Shown here: piece after piece, positions 1 to 11,745 of the stretch
Layout of the letters: each line of letters starts with the position of its first letter
Numbering within the stretch: the first letter of the stretch is position 1
Source of the DNA: Haliotis rufescens
Taxonomy: Eukaryota
Direction of reading: 5' to 3'
NCBI RefSeq assembly: GCF_023055435.1
Contig: NW_025964001.1
Coordinates: 26,908,001 to 26,972,000 of the forward strand
DNA length: 64,000 nucleotides
The notes under the pieces: model-generated
The model's input: only the letters and a program-made list of their open reading frames with translations
Databases searched by the model: none
What the model was told of the DNA's origin: nothing
Made by a program: the position numbers and the translations under genes

Positions 1-984
1 ATGTGAAAATCCCAGTCTAATATACTTGTACAGCTGTGTACACTGACATGATTGCAATCTTAAATGGATGCCAAGACAAATTAAGTGGTATGCGTAACGC
101 ATATGGAGGTCAAGGGTAGACTGACAGGATAGTGGGTCAACCTGACTTAACATGGTCAACCTGACTTAACATGGTCAACATCCAAAATACTTGAGGAATG
201 ATGTATCAGTTGTAAAAAAATCATTAAATGATAACTTCCAAGTTCATATTACAAATAAATAAACACGTGTAGGTTTCTGTATAGAAAAATATAACTTGCT
301 TTAAAGACTGATAAATATATTCTCTATTGTCCAACAGTGATGGTGTTATGTAGTCGGATACCCACTCGCCGTGGTAAACATATGCATAAGAGCGTTCACC
401 TGAATGAATAACTTGAGTAAACAGCTACCTATACAGGTAAGTTCCCTTACCGTTTATCGAGTGACATATTCACGATGTACGAAGACGGTGACGATAACAG
501 CGACGGTGACAACGCCGTCACTTCTACGAATCAGCTGTCGAAGATCGAGCCCTGGACAGCTGATGTGAGTCTGGGTGATACCAACTGTATCGGACTAAAT
601 AGCTCCGATGACCTCCTATTACCGCTGGCAAACAAGAAATGACGCAACTCGAAGTATGCTAACAGTACATATCTAGACAGGAGTTATGTCCCTTCGACTG
701 ATGCTTCGTAAATATATACCATAGGTCAGCATGACGAAGCAGAGTTCGACACTGAACAGCAAAAATATATGTATACACATCTATTGAACAGGCGGAGGGG
801 TCAAAACTGTACGTTGACTAACTGTTGGTGACGACACGTTCACAACTTGGCATGGGCAGAAGAGTGAGTGAGTGAGTGTGTGTTGGTTGGTTGGTTTCAA
901 AACGTGGTGACCACAGTTAGGTCTATATTCAGAGGTTCAGGACAATTTGTCCAAAATCTAAACAAATCTACTGAGAAAACTTGT

Positions 985-1890
985 GAAATGCTGGACTTCC
1001 TAATTAATAACATCTATATTAAAGTAGGGGGTAAGACATTCGGGCAAGAAGAAGGCATCCCCATGGGCACTAATGTGCTCCCTTTCTTGCGGATCTGTTT
1101 CTTGTTATGCACATAAATCGGAATTTCTTCTCGGATTGGCAAAGTCAAACCAGGGCAATTTGGCCAAGACGTTTAACTTAAGCTTCAGAAAAATCGATAA
1201 TCTGATATCGTTCAATAACCATAAAATTGCCAATTCCCTTTCACTGATTTACCCACCTGAACTAGAAATAAAGGAGACCAGTGAGACCGCCTCATCTGTT
1301 TCACATTTAGATCTATGCATAGAGATTCAGAGTGACAAAACACTCTACACAAGACTTATGACAAGAGGAATGACTTCAACTTTCCGATAGTCAACGTTCC
1401 CTTCGTGTCCAGCAATATTCCTGCTGCTCCAGCCCATGGTGTTTACATTTCACAACTTTTGAGATACAATCGAGCATGCTCTTTCCACCAAGATTTCCAA
1501 GAGCGTCATACGACTCTTGCTCATAAGTTGTTTGATCAAGGTTACAACATTCAAGGTCTCAGCATGCGCAGTAAAGCTTTCAAAAAGTTCTATGGTATAT
1601 AGACACGTGGAGGACATTCCGAAATTTGACGCGTCAGTGAAAAAAATGATGTCCGATGCAATTGCCCATTTTGACGTGTACCGTATGTTTCCGTGTTTTA
1701 TTTCAGGTGAATAATTGATTTGCCTTTACATGTGTTTGTGACGGGCGCCACCGGTGGGGTAGGATACGCTCACCTTTTCGCGAACACCTGGTATCATCAC
1801 TATTTGATAGTGATTCCTAAAAACAAACTCATGATATAGTCGGAATCGTACAATCGACTCAGCTTTTAGCAGAGATTTCTTATGAATATG
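985..1890 (+). mobile_element. 5'-truncated, frameshifted Penelope-like retroelement (RT C-terminal half plus 3' end; Naiad/Chlamys-like layout)
   Basis: Consecutive ORF pieces give PLE RT motifs: MLDFLINNIYI..GIPMGTN, FNLSFRKIDNLISFNN (decayed YIDD), IYPPELEIKET, SSNIPAAPAHGVYISQLLRY, KAFKKFYG. Stop at 1714 with no C-terminal GIY-YIG. A second copy lies at about 30500-31920. Confidence 0.85.
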
Positions 1891-1949
1891 TAAAGGGTTT
1901 TGTAGCTTTTATTTAGTGGGTATGACACGAGCGTTATTCTGGAGTTACC

Positions 1950-2109
1950 TCCCTTCCATTACAATGGCCGCGCCCATGAAAACGCAACCAAGGAAGTGCT
2001 TGTGCAATTAGGATTTGTTAAACCTTTCATCATGCTTCTTGTCAAAAGCAAAGAACATCTCTGATGGTTAGGTCGAGTAAGCATCTGATGATATTCATAT
2101 ATACAGTCC
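1950..2109 (+). promoter_or_regulatory. Putative TRNT1 promoter / non-coding first exon
   Basis: CAATGGCCGC (YY1-like) and AGGAAGTG (ETS-like) motifs, then a donor-like CC|GTAAGT at 2110. The first coding exon begins after an acceptor (tttttccag, about 3826), so an upstream UTR exon is expected. Inference only. Confidence 0.3.
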
Positions 2110-3168
2110 GTAAGTACCTCTTCAATTTACCTAATGAGCCCAAACATTCATCAACAGCTGATCAACCCTGATAATCTATCAATAATAATGCTATATGACT
2201 ATTGCTATGTATACGACAGGTATATTAAATTGCACAGTTCGTATCATGGGTTTTAGAAGGTTCAGTTGTGGTTATATTATGGTTTCGTTTTTCTCACTCT
2301 CAGGTCGTTTCGTTAACTGGATTTCTTGTGGCTTATCGTGTTATGGGTTTGCGAGCCTCTTAGAAAAATGCCTGATTACGTGTTTTATAACAATCCCAAT
2401 ACACTAATATAAGGGCTTTTCTTTGAGAACATTTACTTCTGTTAGCACTTGGATGGTCAAATAACCATGTCTTGTTAACATGTTTAGGGCCTCAAAAATA
2501 GGTGAGGTTTGAAAACATATGGTGTGGGGATATTATATATTTATTAGTTCTAAACAATTTTGAAGACATAGTTACCAAAATAACATGTTACTTAAAAGAC
2601 CAACAACAACATTCTTTCATAAACGGAAGATTACTAGGAAAAGACAAGGCTGATACTAAAACATTAGTGAAATCATATTGGGAATGGACAAATGGAACAG
2701 ACCCTTAGAAGTAAAGCTCCGTAAAAATCTGCATGTGATGTGATTTAGTCAGTGTTAAGAAATATTACTAAAAGTTCTATATTATCACTTCCAAATTGAC
2801 ATGTCTATAGGTAGTGTCCTAATTCATACTTATGGTTAACTTTCATGTGAACCGCTTGGTATATTCCACTAAAACTGTAACTAGCCCGGTCAACATTTAT
2901 TGTCAGGTCTAATGGAAATTTAAGCCCTTGACAAAAAGCCTTATACTGAATAAATGGAGTCAAATCCATTTAAAACATTGTCTTATGAACAAATGATGAA
3001 GGAATAAAAGGATTCTTAATGACCCAGGAATACGACTCAACCTGGTTACCAAACAACCTAAGTGATACAAAACTAAGAGGTTACGAAATGACGCAATGGA
3101 TATGATACTATTGGGTAACGAAACTACTGGGATACAAAATGTTGTGTTACTGTTTGCCTATGGTTACG

Positions 3169-3713
3169 CATCTTCCCGAGGCAAGTGAGTCAACTGACTA
3201 TAAAAGTCCAGTTTCCACCCTTGCCGAACTAGGCTGGTATTATGGAGTTACATTTTGGCTGGACTAACGAGTCTATGCATAGTCCAGTCAAAATCGAGCA
3301 CCGAAATCGAAATCCGGTCCGTAAAGTGTCATGCAGATTTCGGTCGACTGCAGGATTTGCAAAGCATGTGCACCGCTAACTCGTTGTCAACAGATATTTT
3401 CTAAATCTTTTCATGCTTTTAATCAAGGTGCTCACGTGATTTGATGCACTTTGCGATGTAAGACTCGTTTTATCACAATATAGATCTTGATTATCAATCA
3501 GATTGTCTAGACTGGGCGCCACCTTTTTGTTTGAAGCAAATGCAAGTGAAACGAGAGGTTGAATCTGATTGGTCAGTAGGAGAGGCATAGAAAGGTCATA
3601 ACTCGTAATAGCCACTGGTGGGGCTACGATCGAGCCCAGGAATTCCAGCCTAGTTCGGCAAGGGTGGAAACTGGACTTTTAAAGTCAGTTAACTCTCTTG
3701 CCTCGGGAAGATG
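3169..3713. mobile_element. Non-autonomous TIR DNA transposon, ~70-bp TIRs, 9-bp TSD (AcademH- or MULE-like)
   Basis: CATCTTCCCGAGGCAAG...CCGAACTAGGCTGG matches the reverse complement ending ...CTTGCCTCGGGAAGATG. Flanks are ATGGTTACG (3160-3168) and ATGGTTATG (3714-3722). Confidence 0.85.
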
Positions 3714-3861
3714 ATGGTTATGTGGTCATGGTTATGGTTATATTCTGAATTATCTCTTATTCCCCTTTGAAATATTATGCCTATTCTACCTTTCTTCTGG
3801 AGTAATGCCATGATTTATTTTTCCAGGATAGGGAGAATTATGGCTGCCTAAACAGTGTTCA

Positions 3862-4245
3862 ATGTATCAACAACTGGTAAGGCGCCTGATATCCCAAGTA
3901 ACACTGACATGTAAACAAAGCTTGCATGTAAAATCAAGAACATTCCACCGTCCTAAGCGAGCAGGAAATCTAAAGACCATGAAGCTTGACACTCCACAGT
4001 TTCATGGCCTCTTCAATCCGGAGCTGAGGCAGCTCATTAAGTACTTTGAGACGTATAAGTATGAGCTGCGTATAGCTGGGGGTGCCGTGAGGGACCTGCT
4101 CCTGGGCAATGACCCACATGATATAGACTTTGCCACCACCGCCACACCAGACGAAATGAAGGCACTGTTTGAGAGGGAGAATGTTCGCATGATCAACAAC
4201 AAGGGAGAGAAGCATGGGACGATCACAGCCAGGATTAACGACAAA
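3862..4245 (+). CDS. TRNT1: CCA tRNA nucleotidyltransferase 1, coding exon 1
   Basis: Basic leader, then MKLDTPQF...[27 protein letters not shown] (motif A, DxD) and KGEKHGT. Phase-0 donor AAA|GTATGC at 4246. Confidence 0.95.
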
Positions 4246-4597
4246 GTATGCACTAGGAATTGTAAACAGATAGGCTGCTCTTGTTGAAAGATTTCAAGTC
4301 AACTTTGAACTAAAATAAATGGTACCATGTTTTCCCCTAAACCCCAAAACTCCCTTGTTTAAAAATCCAAGAGTCACAAAAAGTCAGCCAGTCTGCTTTG
4401 TTTATTATAGAGCCAACACTTTTTGTAAAATATGGAACAGGCAGATGGATTACAGGATTTCTTATATTAATCATATTTATACTGAAAGTTTCCATGATAC
4501 CTTGTGTGATTCTATAAACTTTGGTTTAGATTGATTTAAGCCTGTGGTGATAATGTTTCTGTCTTTAAAACACTGCAATGATGTTGTGGTTTTCCAG

Positions 4598-4727
4598 GAA
4601 AACTTTGAGGTGACAACTCTTCGAATTGATGTGGTGACCGATGGCCGCCATGCAGAAGTGGAATTCACAACCGACTGGCAGTTGGATGCAAACAGGCGGG
4701 ATCTCACCATTAATGCCATGTTTCTAG
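4598..4727 (+). CDS. TRNT1: TRNT1 coding exon 2
   Basis: ttccag|[43 protein letters not shown]|gt, containing the flexible loop and RRD motif. Confidence 0.95.
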
Positions 4728-4859
4728 GTACAACATGTCATCAAATTAAGTTGATTCTAGATCATTGTTCCCCTCATCAAGAATATTTCCTCAATATCCT
4801 ATACCTATTGTACGAGTTTACGAACATAATATGAATGTTACTATATATGAGCTTACTTT

Positions 4860-5135
4860 AGTGAGTGGGTGAGTTGGGTTTAATGCCACCGTGAACCTGT
4901 ATTCTAGTGATATCACAGCTTGTCAGCTTGATGTTTTGGGGAAAGCTGGAAGTGATGCAGGTTTTGGATGTTCACCACTTTGGAAACATCTATGAGCACG
5001 GGTATGGTGCTGCCAAACCTAGAAACACGATCAGAGCGAACCAGGATTTAGGCCCATGATCATAGGTTTCTGCCTAAAGGACACAACTCTGTACAGCAAA
5101 TTGCGGCACCTTACATGACTGGCCATCCATACCCC
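4860..5135 (-). mobile_element. SINE family C (tRNA-Leu-like head), diverged copy
   Basis: Colinear with the copies at 34292-34567 and 55632-55978. Confidence 0.75.
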
Positions 5136-5201
5136 CTGAGCTTACTAGAAGCCTAGCAGACATGAGAATTGATACTTTGACTTAATCACAGGAAACTAAT
5201 A

Positions 5202-5910
5202 CAGTCAAGTCTCGTTAATCCAACAATAGTTTATCCAACAATCGGCTTTATCCGACACTAATGATGGGAACTGATTAAATCAGTGTTATTTAGACCCGTT
5301 AATCCGACAGTCTCGCACTCCGACACCGACACAACTAATTTGCAACGAATTACCGAAATCACTCGTTAATCAGTCTTGTTAATCCGACACGGTGATCAGC
5401 GTACTCCTTGGTCATCTGCCTGCGAGTACACAGCCCCGTCTTTTGATGCACGACGAGTCGTCGAGTAGCTGCATGTTTCAACGGCTGCAGAGATAAACTT
5501 GCTTAACAATCTACAACTACTGCTTTACATAAAACAAAACAGGATTAATCACATGCCTAGATTACCTCAACCTCCTAAACTCGGATACAAGGTCTCGCTA
5601 CCGCACTCATTTCAAATTGATGACTTCCATTCCAGACTATGCTTTAAAAAGTATTTTGAATCAGTCACACATTGTGCTAAACTTTAGAGGTTGCATCATT
5701 AGAAAAAATATTCTGCTAACAATGTAACATAATATGAACATAGCCTTTTTCCTCTTTTTTTTATGACATGTTTGAATCGTAATCTATTGTGTAGTTGTCC
5801 GATTTTCGATCAACAACGTTGATACTACCTAATTTCGTTTATCCGACATACTCGTTAATCCAACATAATCATATGCAAACCAACAATGTCGGATTAACGG
5901 GACTTGACTG
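5202..5910. mobile_element. Tc1/mariner-superfamily (pogo/Tigger-like) MITE
   Basis: TIR CAGTCAAGTCYCGTTAATCCRACA at both ends, TA TSD (5200-5201, 5911-5912), and internal subterminal GTTAATCCGACA repeats. Confidence 0.88.
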
Positions 5911-6059
5911 TATATAGTGTGAGGCTTGGGACAAGCAAAACAGATTGTGTATCTCATTTTGTTAATCAGCATTTACAAGATAAAAGAAGGATACATGAAT
6001 GATTCCATCACCATCAGCTGATGTCTGAAATTTGAGTTAATGGTGTTCTGCTTGTCCAG

Positions 6060-6186
6060 GATTTGATGGGACGCTGTATGACTACTTCAGTGGGATGGAG
6101 GATCTGGAACAGCGACGTGTGCACTTTGTGGGCAATGCTGCTGAGAGGATGCAAGAAGATTACCTCCGAATTCTCCGCTACTTTAG
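6060..6186 (+). CDS. TRNT1: TRNT1 coding exon 3
   Basis: [42 protein letters not shown] (EDxxR templating motif). AG/GT boundaries, phases 1 and 2 consistent. Confidence 0.95.
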
Positions 6187-6699
6187 GTATGGACAGTTGT
6201 GTACTTAGACATGATAGAGATTAGTACTATTGTGATGATATACACCAGAGAAGCAGAGGGTAAATATTTATCCCCTGCCACGAAGTGGGGCAACTTGAAT
6301 GTGGGACACATTTTCTTAGAGGCTACTGAAGTTACATGAATGAAAGTTTGCATGCTTGTCTAAAATATACTTATCAAGACTGAATTCGAAAATCAGGTTT
6401 TTCATTTGACAAAGCGACCCCAGTGCCTATCTCTCTACTTAAGGATATTTTGGACTCTACCTTTGATAGTTAACATTGACTTCTATGTTATTCACTACGA
6501 TATGAACAGACAAAATGTTTATTCACCCAATGGCGGGAGACAGTGATAATACTGTTTTCTTGTTTCACATACATAGCAGAGCCCTGGCATGGGGACTATG
6601 GTGGTGGCCATGGTGGTATGTTGTGTAATCAGGACTTGTGGTTGATGTATTGATACAACTTGTGGGAACAGTCTGTGCCCAAAACCTTTGAGACTACTT

Positions 6700-6918
6700 T
6701 CCCAAACTCTGTGCAGAGTAGCATCCCTTGGGCACGCTAGAAACCTATGATTGTGCGTTCGAATCCCTGTTTGCTCCAATTATGTTTCTAGGTTTGTCAG
6801 CACCATATCCGTGCTCGTGGATTTCGCCGTAGTGGAAAACATTAAGCTGACATGTAGTGATTTAACTGGAATACTGTTAAAAGCAGCCTTAAACTAAACT
6901 CAACTCACTCACTAACTC
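6700..6918 (+). mobile_element. SINE family C, partial copy
   Basis: B box GTTCGAATCCC, family C body and (ACTC)n tail. Confidence 0.7.
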
Positions 6919-7618
6919 ACAATCCCGAACTTGGCATCATATGTTGTGTTATCATGTGGACTACTATTAGCTGAGCTTACTGGACACAGGATTTATGGAA
7001 AAAGTTGCAGCCTGTGAAGGTTATTCTTGAAGTCTTGATATCTATAAAAATCTTAGACCTAACTTCAAGCAAATATGCAGCCCCAAAATAAATCAACATA
7101 TTTCACGCTACTTGTGAGCAGTGACCCGTTTTAGCATAGATTACTTTGTGGACATTTGCTTTCTGTCCTTGACAATTGACATGACTGACAATAAAAAGTC
7201 TGTTGGGGTAAATCTAAACTTTATTTCATCACAAATATTTATGTAAGTTATTATCGATGACAACAATTTCATATCGATAATCGTTAATATTTGTTCCCAT
7301 CGACGATAAGTCTTATTATCGATGTTTTAGCCAGCCCTATCAATTCACCATGTTCACAGGTATTATTTGTTGTTGCAAAAGTTTTTTATGCAGGTTGCTT
7401 TATAAGTAAGTGGAAGATCAACTTTGTGTTCTGTCTGTCTGCATCAATAATCATTCTGTCAGTTATCCATGATTGTAGAATTTTTTGTACTTTTGTCACA
7501 ATAATGTTTTATAAGTGTCACCATAAGATATGAATTCTGTCTACCATTACATCAGGACAACTTAGTTAAGCCATGCTGGACGACTGGCTGACTGACCAAT
7601 ACATGCTTGCTTATGCAG

Positions 7619-7704
7619 GTTCTATGGACGTATTGCTACGGGGCCCAATCTCCACGAGCCTCAGACATTGGACTCCATCAGGCAGAATGCAGGTGGCCTT
7701 GCTG
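7619..7704 (+). CDS. TRNT1: TRNT1 coding exon 4
   Basis: RFYGRIATGPNLHEPQTLDSIRQNAGGLA. Boundaries tgcag| and |gtgggt, phases consistent. Confidence 0.9.
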
Positions 7705-7944
7705 GTGGGTAGCTTTGTCTTTGTGTTCGTGGGAGTATCCAGGATGTTTTCTACACATGCGCAGAGGTCGATGTTCAGCTCCAAGTCTGAGCAAATGTCT
7801 TGATCAATGTTACTATTTATAACAAATGTGATGGGTTGGTCAAGGTGACTTGAACTTCACTGATAAAAGGACCAGTAAAAAGGAATTGTTTTAATGTTAC
7901 ATTATTGCATTAAATGCTACGTTAGGATACTTCATGAAAGTAAG

Positions 7945-8103
7945 GGGGAAGCCGGTAAGCCTAGTGGTTAAAGTGCTCGCTCGTCATGCCGAAGATCCGG
8001 GTTCGACTCCTGACATAGGTACAATGTGTCAAACCCATTTCTGGTGTCCCCTGCCGTGATATTGCTGGAATATTGCTAAAAGCAGCGTAAAACCATACTC
8101 ACA
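7945..8103 (+). mobile_element. SINE family A (tRNA-Asp-like head, ~160 bp)
   Basis: A box AGCCTAGTGG, B box GGTTCGACTCC, tail GCTGGAATATTGCTAAAAGC..CATACTCAC, and TSD CATGAAAGKAAG. Confidence 0.88.
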
Positions 8104-8370
8104 CATGAAAGGAAGAAAATAACACCTTTAAAACTAATTATTCTCGGTTTGCCTTCCAAGGACACTTAATTTTGAATCCTAGATAAAGCCCTGGTATCTC
8201 TGCTCCATCAGAGGTATTTGACATTTTCTGTATACTTGTTATTCATTATTTTGGCACTCTTGTTATTTGATAGTTGAACATAGTGTTACAGTTTTTAGCA
8301 TAGGCTATTTGTTATGAAGTTCCATTGACCTGGAGTGTTGGCAAGTGACCTCCTTGTGTTCTTTTTACAG

Positions 8371-8478
8371 GAATATCTGGCGAGCGTCTGTGGGTTGAGG
8401 TTAAGAAAATCATGACTGGGAATTATGCCGGCCCTATTGTCCAGACCATGACAGAGCTTGGTGTTGGTACTTTTATTG
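8371..8478 (+). CDS. TRNT1: TRNT1 coding exon 5
   Basis: GISGERLWVEVKKIMTGNYAGPIVQTMTELGVGTFI (SxER motif). Boundaries tttacag| and |gtgagt. Confidence 0.93.
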
Positions 8479-8619
8479 GTGAGTCGATTCTCTAAGTCAC
8501 AGAGTTTGCTGTTATGTCTTTGTAGGTGAGTTAACTTCAGTGTTATGAGTGAGTGAGTGAGTGAGTTTGGTGTAACTTTGCTTTGAACAACTTGAAGTGA
8601 GGAGAAAGCCTGGAAATGA

Positions 8620-8835
8620 TTTTGTTTGTTTGTTTGTTGTTTAATGCAGCACTCAGCAATGTTCCAGCTATATGACGTCAGTCTGTAAATAATTGAGTCC
8701 AGACCAGACAATCGAGTGATTGATATCATGAGCATCGATCCACGCCATTGGGATACAATGACATGCATCAACCAAGTCAGTGAGCCCGACCATGCGATCC
8801 TGTTTGTCACCTCTTACTACAAGCATAGTTGCCTA
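8620..8835 (-). mobile_element. SINE-like family B (non-tRNA head, (AAAC)n tail), 5'-truncated
   Basis: Body aligns with the copies at 26910-27119, 44645-44884 and 45015-45246. A diverged opposite-strand copy follows at about 8935-9115. Confidence 0.8.
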
Positions 8836-9168
8836 CAGAGTTCAGCTTAGGAGCTTTAATATACTTATCAGAGTTGCATTGCTTGGCATAGTCTTGACCC
8901 ACTTTGAATAAGCTGTTGTGATTCAGATGTGGTAATTCGGAGTAAGAATAGGTTCCCAGCAACAGATGCTTGTCGTATGGCAACTAAATGGATCGGATGG
9001 TCAGACTTGGTTGATTGTTTATCATCATGGAACATTTGCCATAGTTTCAATCACTGGTTTGTCTGACCCAGCTTACAGGTTATGATATAGCTGGAATGTG
9101 GCTGATACTGTTTCTGTTCGTATGGTATGGTATACTCATTCACGGTGTTGTTGTTGTTGTTGTTCCAG

Positions 9169-9281
9169 GACTACCAGAGAAGCCTGACGTGCAGCACTTC
9201 CTCCAAGTGTGTGCACGGACAGAAGGGTTGTCTCCCTTGCCCATGACGAGATTGTCGGCACTACTGTCTGGGGAGAGTGAG
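9169..9281 (+). CDS. TRNT1: TRNT1 coding exon 6
   Basis: GLPEKPDVQHFLQVCARTEGLSPLPMTRLSALLSGESE. Boundaries ttccag| and |gtgagt, phase 1 to 0. Confidence 0.88.
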
Positions 9282-9310
9282 GTGAGTTGAAGCTGGGTTG
9301 GGGTCCTTAA

Positions 9311-11092
9311 CCCTTTCGCCCCGACTGCCCGATTTATCGGGCAGGATAAACCGTGTCCCAGGACCCGGCTGCCCGAAAAATCGGGCAGCATAAGCCGAGG
9401 CCCAGAACCCGGCTGCCCGATAAATCGGGCGGCGCGAGCGTGTTTACAAAATCGCTCTTTCTACTTCCTTTCTCGTGTGTAATCTCGTTCTAAATATGGA
9501 AACGAGATCTACACGTATTGACACGTCATTCGATGGAATTTCCCCGTCTTTTTGGCGCGAAAATCGCGGGTATGTCACCTGTTTTCGCGACAGGTATTTT
9601 TCTCGCTTGAATCGTAAATCAAGCGTAATGGCGGCCAACTACGATTCGGATAGCGATCAGATGATTAACAACGACTATATCGGGAATAATAATGTGTTTG
9701 AATTGAATAATTTACGCGAAGGGGAGAGGGAATTTCGCGAATATTTTCGTGAAGATTTTGACGGTTTCGACGAGGTGTCCCCCCCCCCGCCAACTTTCGA
9801 GAATGGGAGTGGCAGAGGGACACACGACAGTGGAGACATGAGGGATTTTGAAGAGGCGACCGGATTCAAGAATATATATTGACACGGTGAGTGAAGAGTC
9901 GTGCTATTGATTTTTTCCAACTGTTTTACAATGATTCTGTGTTTGAACAGATTATCAGTGCGACGAATGAGAATGCAGCCTACACGTGAACGAGCGATCA
10001 CAACAACAACAAAGGTGAGTGGCATGACGTATCTGTTTCTTTTTTTCAAAATTTATTTTTCTGATCGCAATCCGAATTGTAGTTTGCCGGTTTGTCGTAT
10101 GTCCTTATATTTCGCTCAATTTGAATAAAATTTATTTCCATATTCATGTTTGTTTCTTGTTTTTTACATCTTAATTTAAATTTTAGTAACTGTAATGATT
10201 ATTTATTTATTAATTGATTTAATAAAGTACTGATTTAATTTATTATGCAATTGTAAATAGCAGTGTATTGTAAATATGTTATCACAACTTGTATATTTGC
10301 AGAACTTGAATTTACGATCTTTCCGTCCTTTTACAATGTTTCCCTCTTCAGATCAATCTGTGTTATCTTCCCTGTGATGTCATTCTTATAGTAGCTGTGG
10401 TTCAATGTTCAGATAATGTGATAAATAACTTTTTAAAAACTTAAATACTTAATTTTTGTTTCAAATCCTGAAAAAGAACAAAATAAATTAAATATTTGTG
10501 TTTTTACCTGTGTTAACGAGTTTACCTGCGTTAACAAGTTTACCTGTGTTAACGAGTTTACCTAAGAGGCTGTAAGTGTATCATAAGTAATATGTGACAT
10601 CAGTATAGAAAACAAAGTCAGTACCAAGAGTTGTAAACTTGTTTATTTGTTTACAGATGTGCATGAAGAGAATTTACCTGTAACACCTGGGATTACCTGT
10701 GCCGTCCAAGATGACAAGACCACTGTGTTATGTTTACCTTGTATCTGTGATTTATTTTTGTGATTTGTAATACAATTTGAGCCAAAATTCATTGTCTGTT
10801 TTCATTTTTTCAGTGTTTTCAAGTTTTATTTCACTTGTAAACACCTGTAATTAGAAAATAACAAAGGTTAGAGACAATAACAACAAAGAATATTAAAGTA
10901 TACTTAATCCTCTTTACAATGGTATATGATAAATGTATATTAAAAGCAAGTTTCTGGTAGAAAAAGTGCATCAAAAATGATAGTGTGATTTTCCAATAAT
11001 ACTGCCAGGGAGGCCAGTGTACAGGCCTTGTCAGTGTCAGGGACTGCAGGGTCTCAAGGGACATAACTCTGGGGCAGCCAGTGATGAAAGAG
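9311..11092 (+). mobile_element. Non-autonomous piggyBac-like element in the last TRNT1 intron
   Basis: TTAA at 9307-9310 and 11093-11096 with termini CCCTTTC/GAAAGAG, subterminal GCCCGA..TCGGGC repeats, and an acidic ORF start MAANYDSDSD typical of piggyBac N-termini. No catalytic core seen. Confidence 0.75.
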
Positions 11093-11169
11093 TTAACAAG
11101 ACTCTGTATCATGGTGTGAAGCCTATGGTGTAGGTTTTCATTAGTTATGACATATTGTACTGAATGTTT

Positions 11170-11196
11170 TGATGATGATGGTTGTTGTTGTTGTTA

Positions 11197-11231
<35 letters not shown>
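11170..11231. repeat. Compound microsatellite (GAT)n(GTT)n(ATT)n
   Basis: Directly visible. Confidence 0.9.
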
Positions 11232-11236
11232 GGGTA

Positions 11237-11579
11237 CCGTATTCGACGTAATAAGCGCCCCATTCTAATAAGTGCCAACGGCGATATTTGCTGATATATT
11301 GGCTAGTGAACAAGCCCAATTTGCATCCCTTCCGATTGATCAATGTACACAAGACTTATTTATTCGGTATAATACGCACACGTGTGTTATATGCACCCTT
11401 ATTTATGGGCAATTCAAATCTGGAAAAATATATCTGTCGTACATAAACATTTCAGGCTGTCAGCATAAACAACGACATTTATCTTTCAACTATGTTTTTT
11501 TCACCAAAATAATATTCTAATAAGAGCCCCCTATTTCTAATTTTGAGAGCGCCCCGGGCGCTTATTATGTCGAATACGG
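11237..11579. mobile_element. Tc1/mariner-type MITE (CCGTA termini)
   Basis: TA|CCGTATTCGACGTAATAAGCGCCC ... GGGCGCTTATTATGTCGAATACGG|TA. Confidence 0.88.
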
Positions 11580-11745
11580 TATTAGCCAATTTAATGAGAC
11601 AAAAAGAGGTAGACAGGGGGTCGGCCACTGTCCCGAACCAAGTTTCTCTGAAGCTATTTTGTAACCATGGCAACAGAATGTTGTTTTCATGAAAAGTGGA
11701 CATCATGAATGATCAAGTAACGACGTATTTTACTGTTTATTTCAG

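Noticed and set aside
1738-1800. SECIS element (some Naiad PLEs encode selenoproteins)
   Set aside because: GTGA is present, but the apical AA and the 3' GA of the quartet are lacking, and I saw no in-frame TGA at a conserved position.
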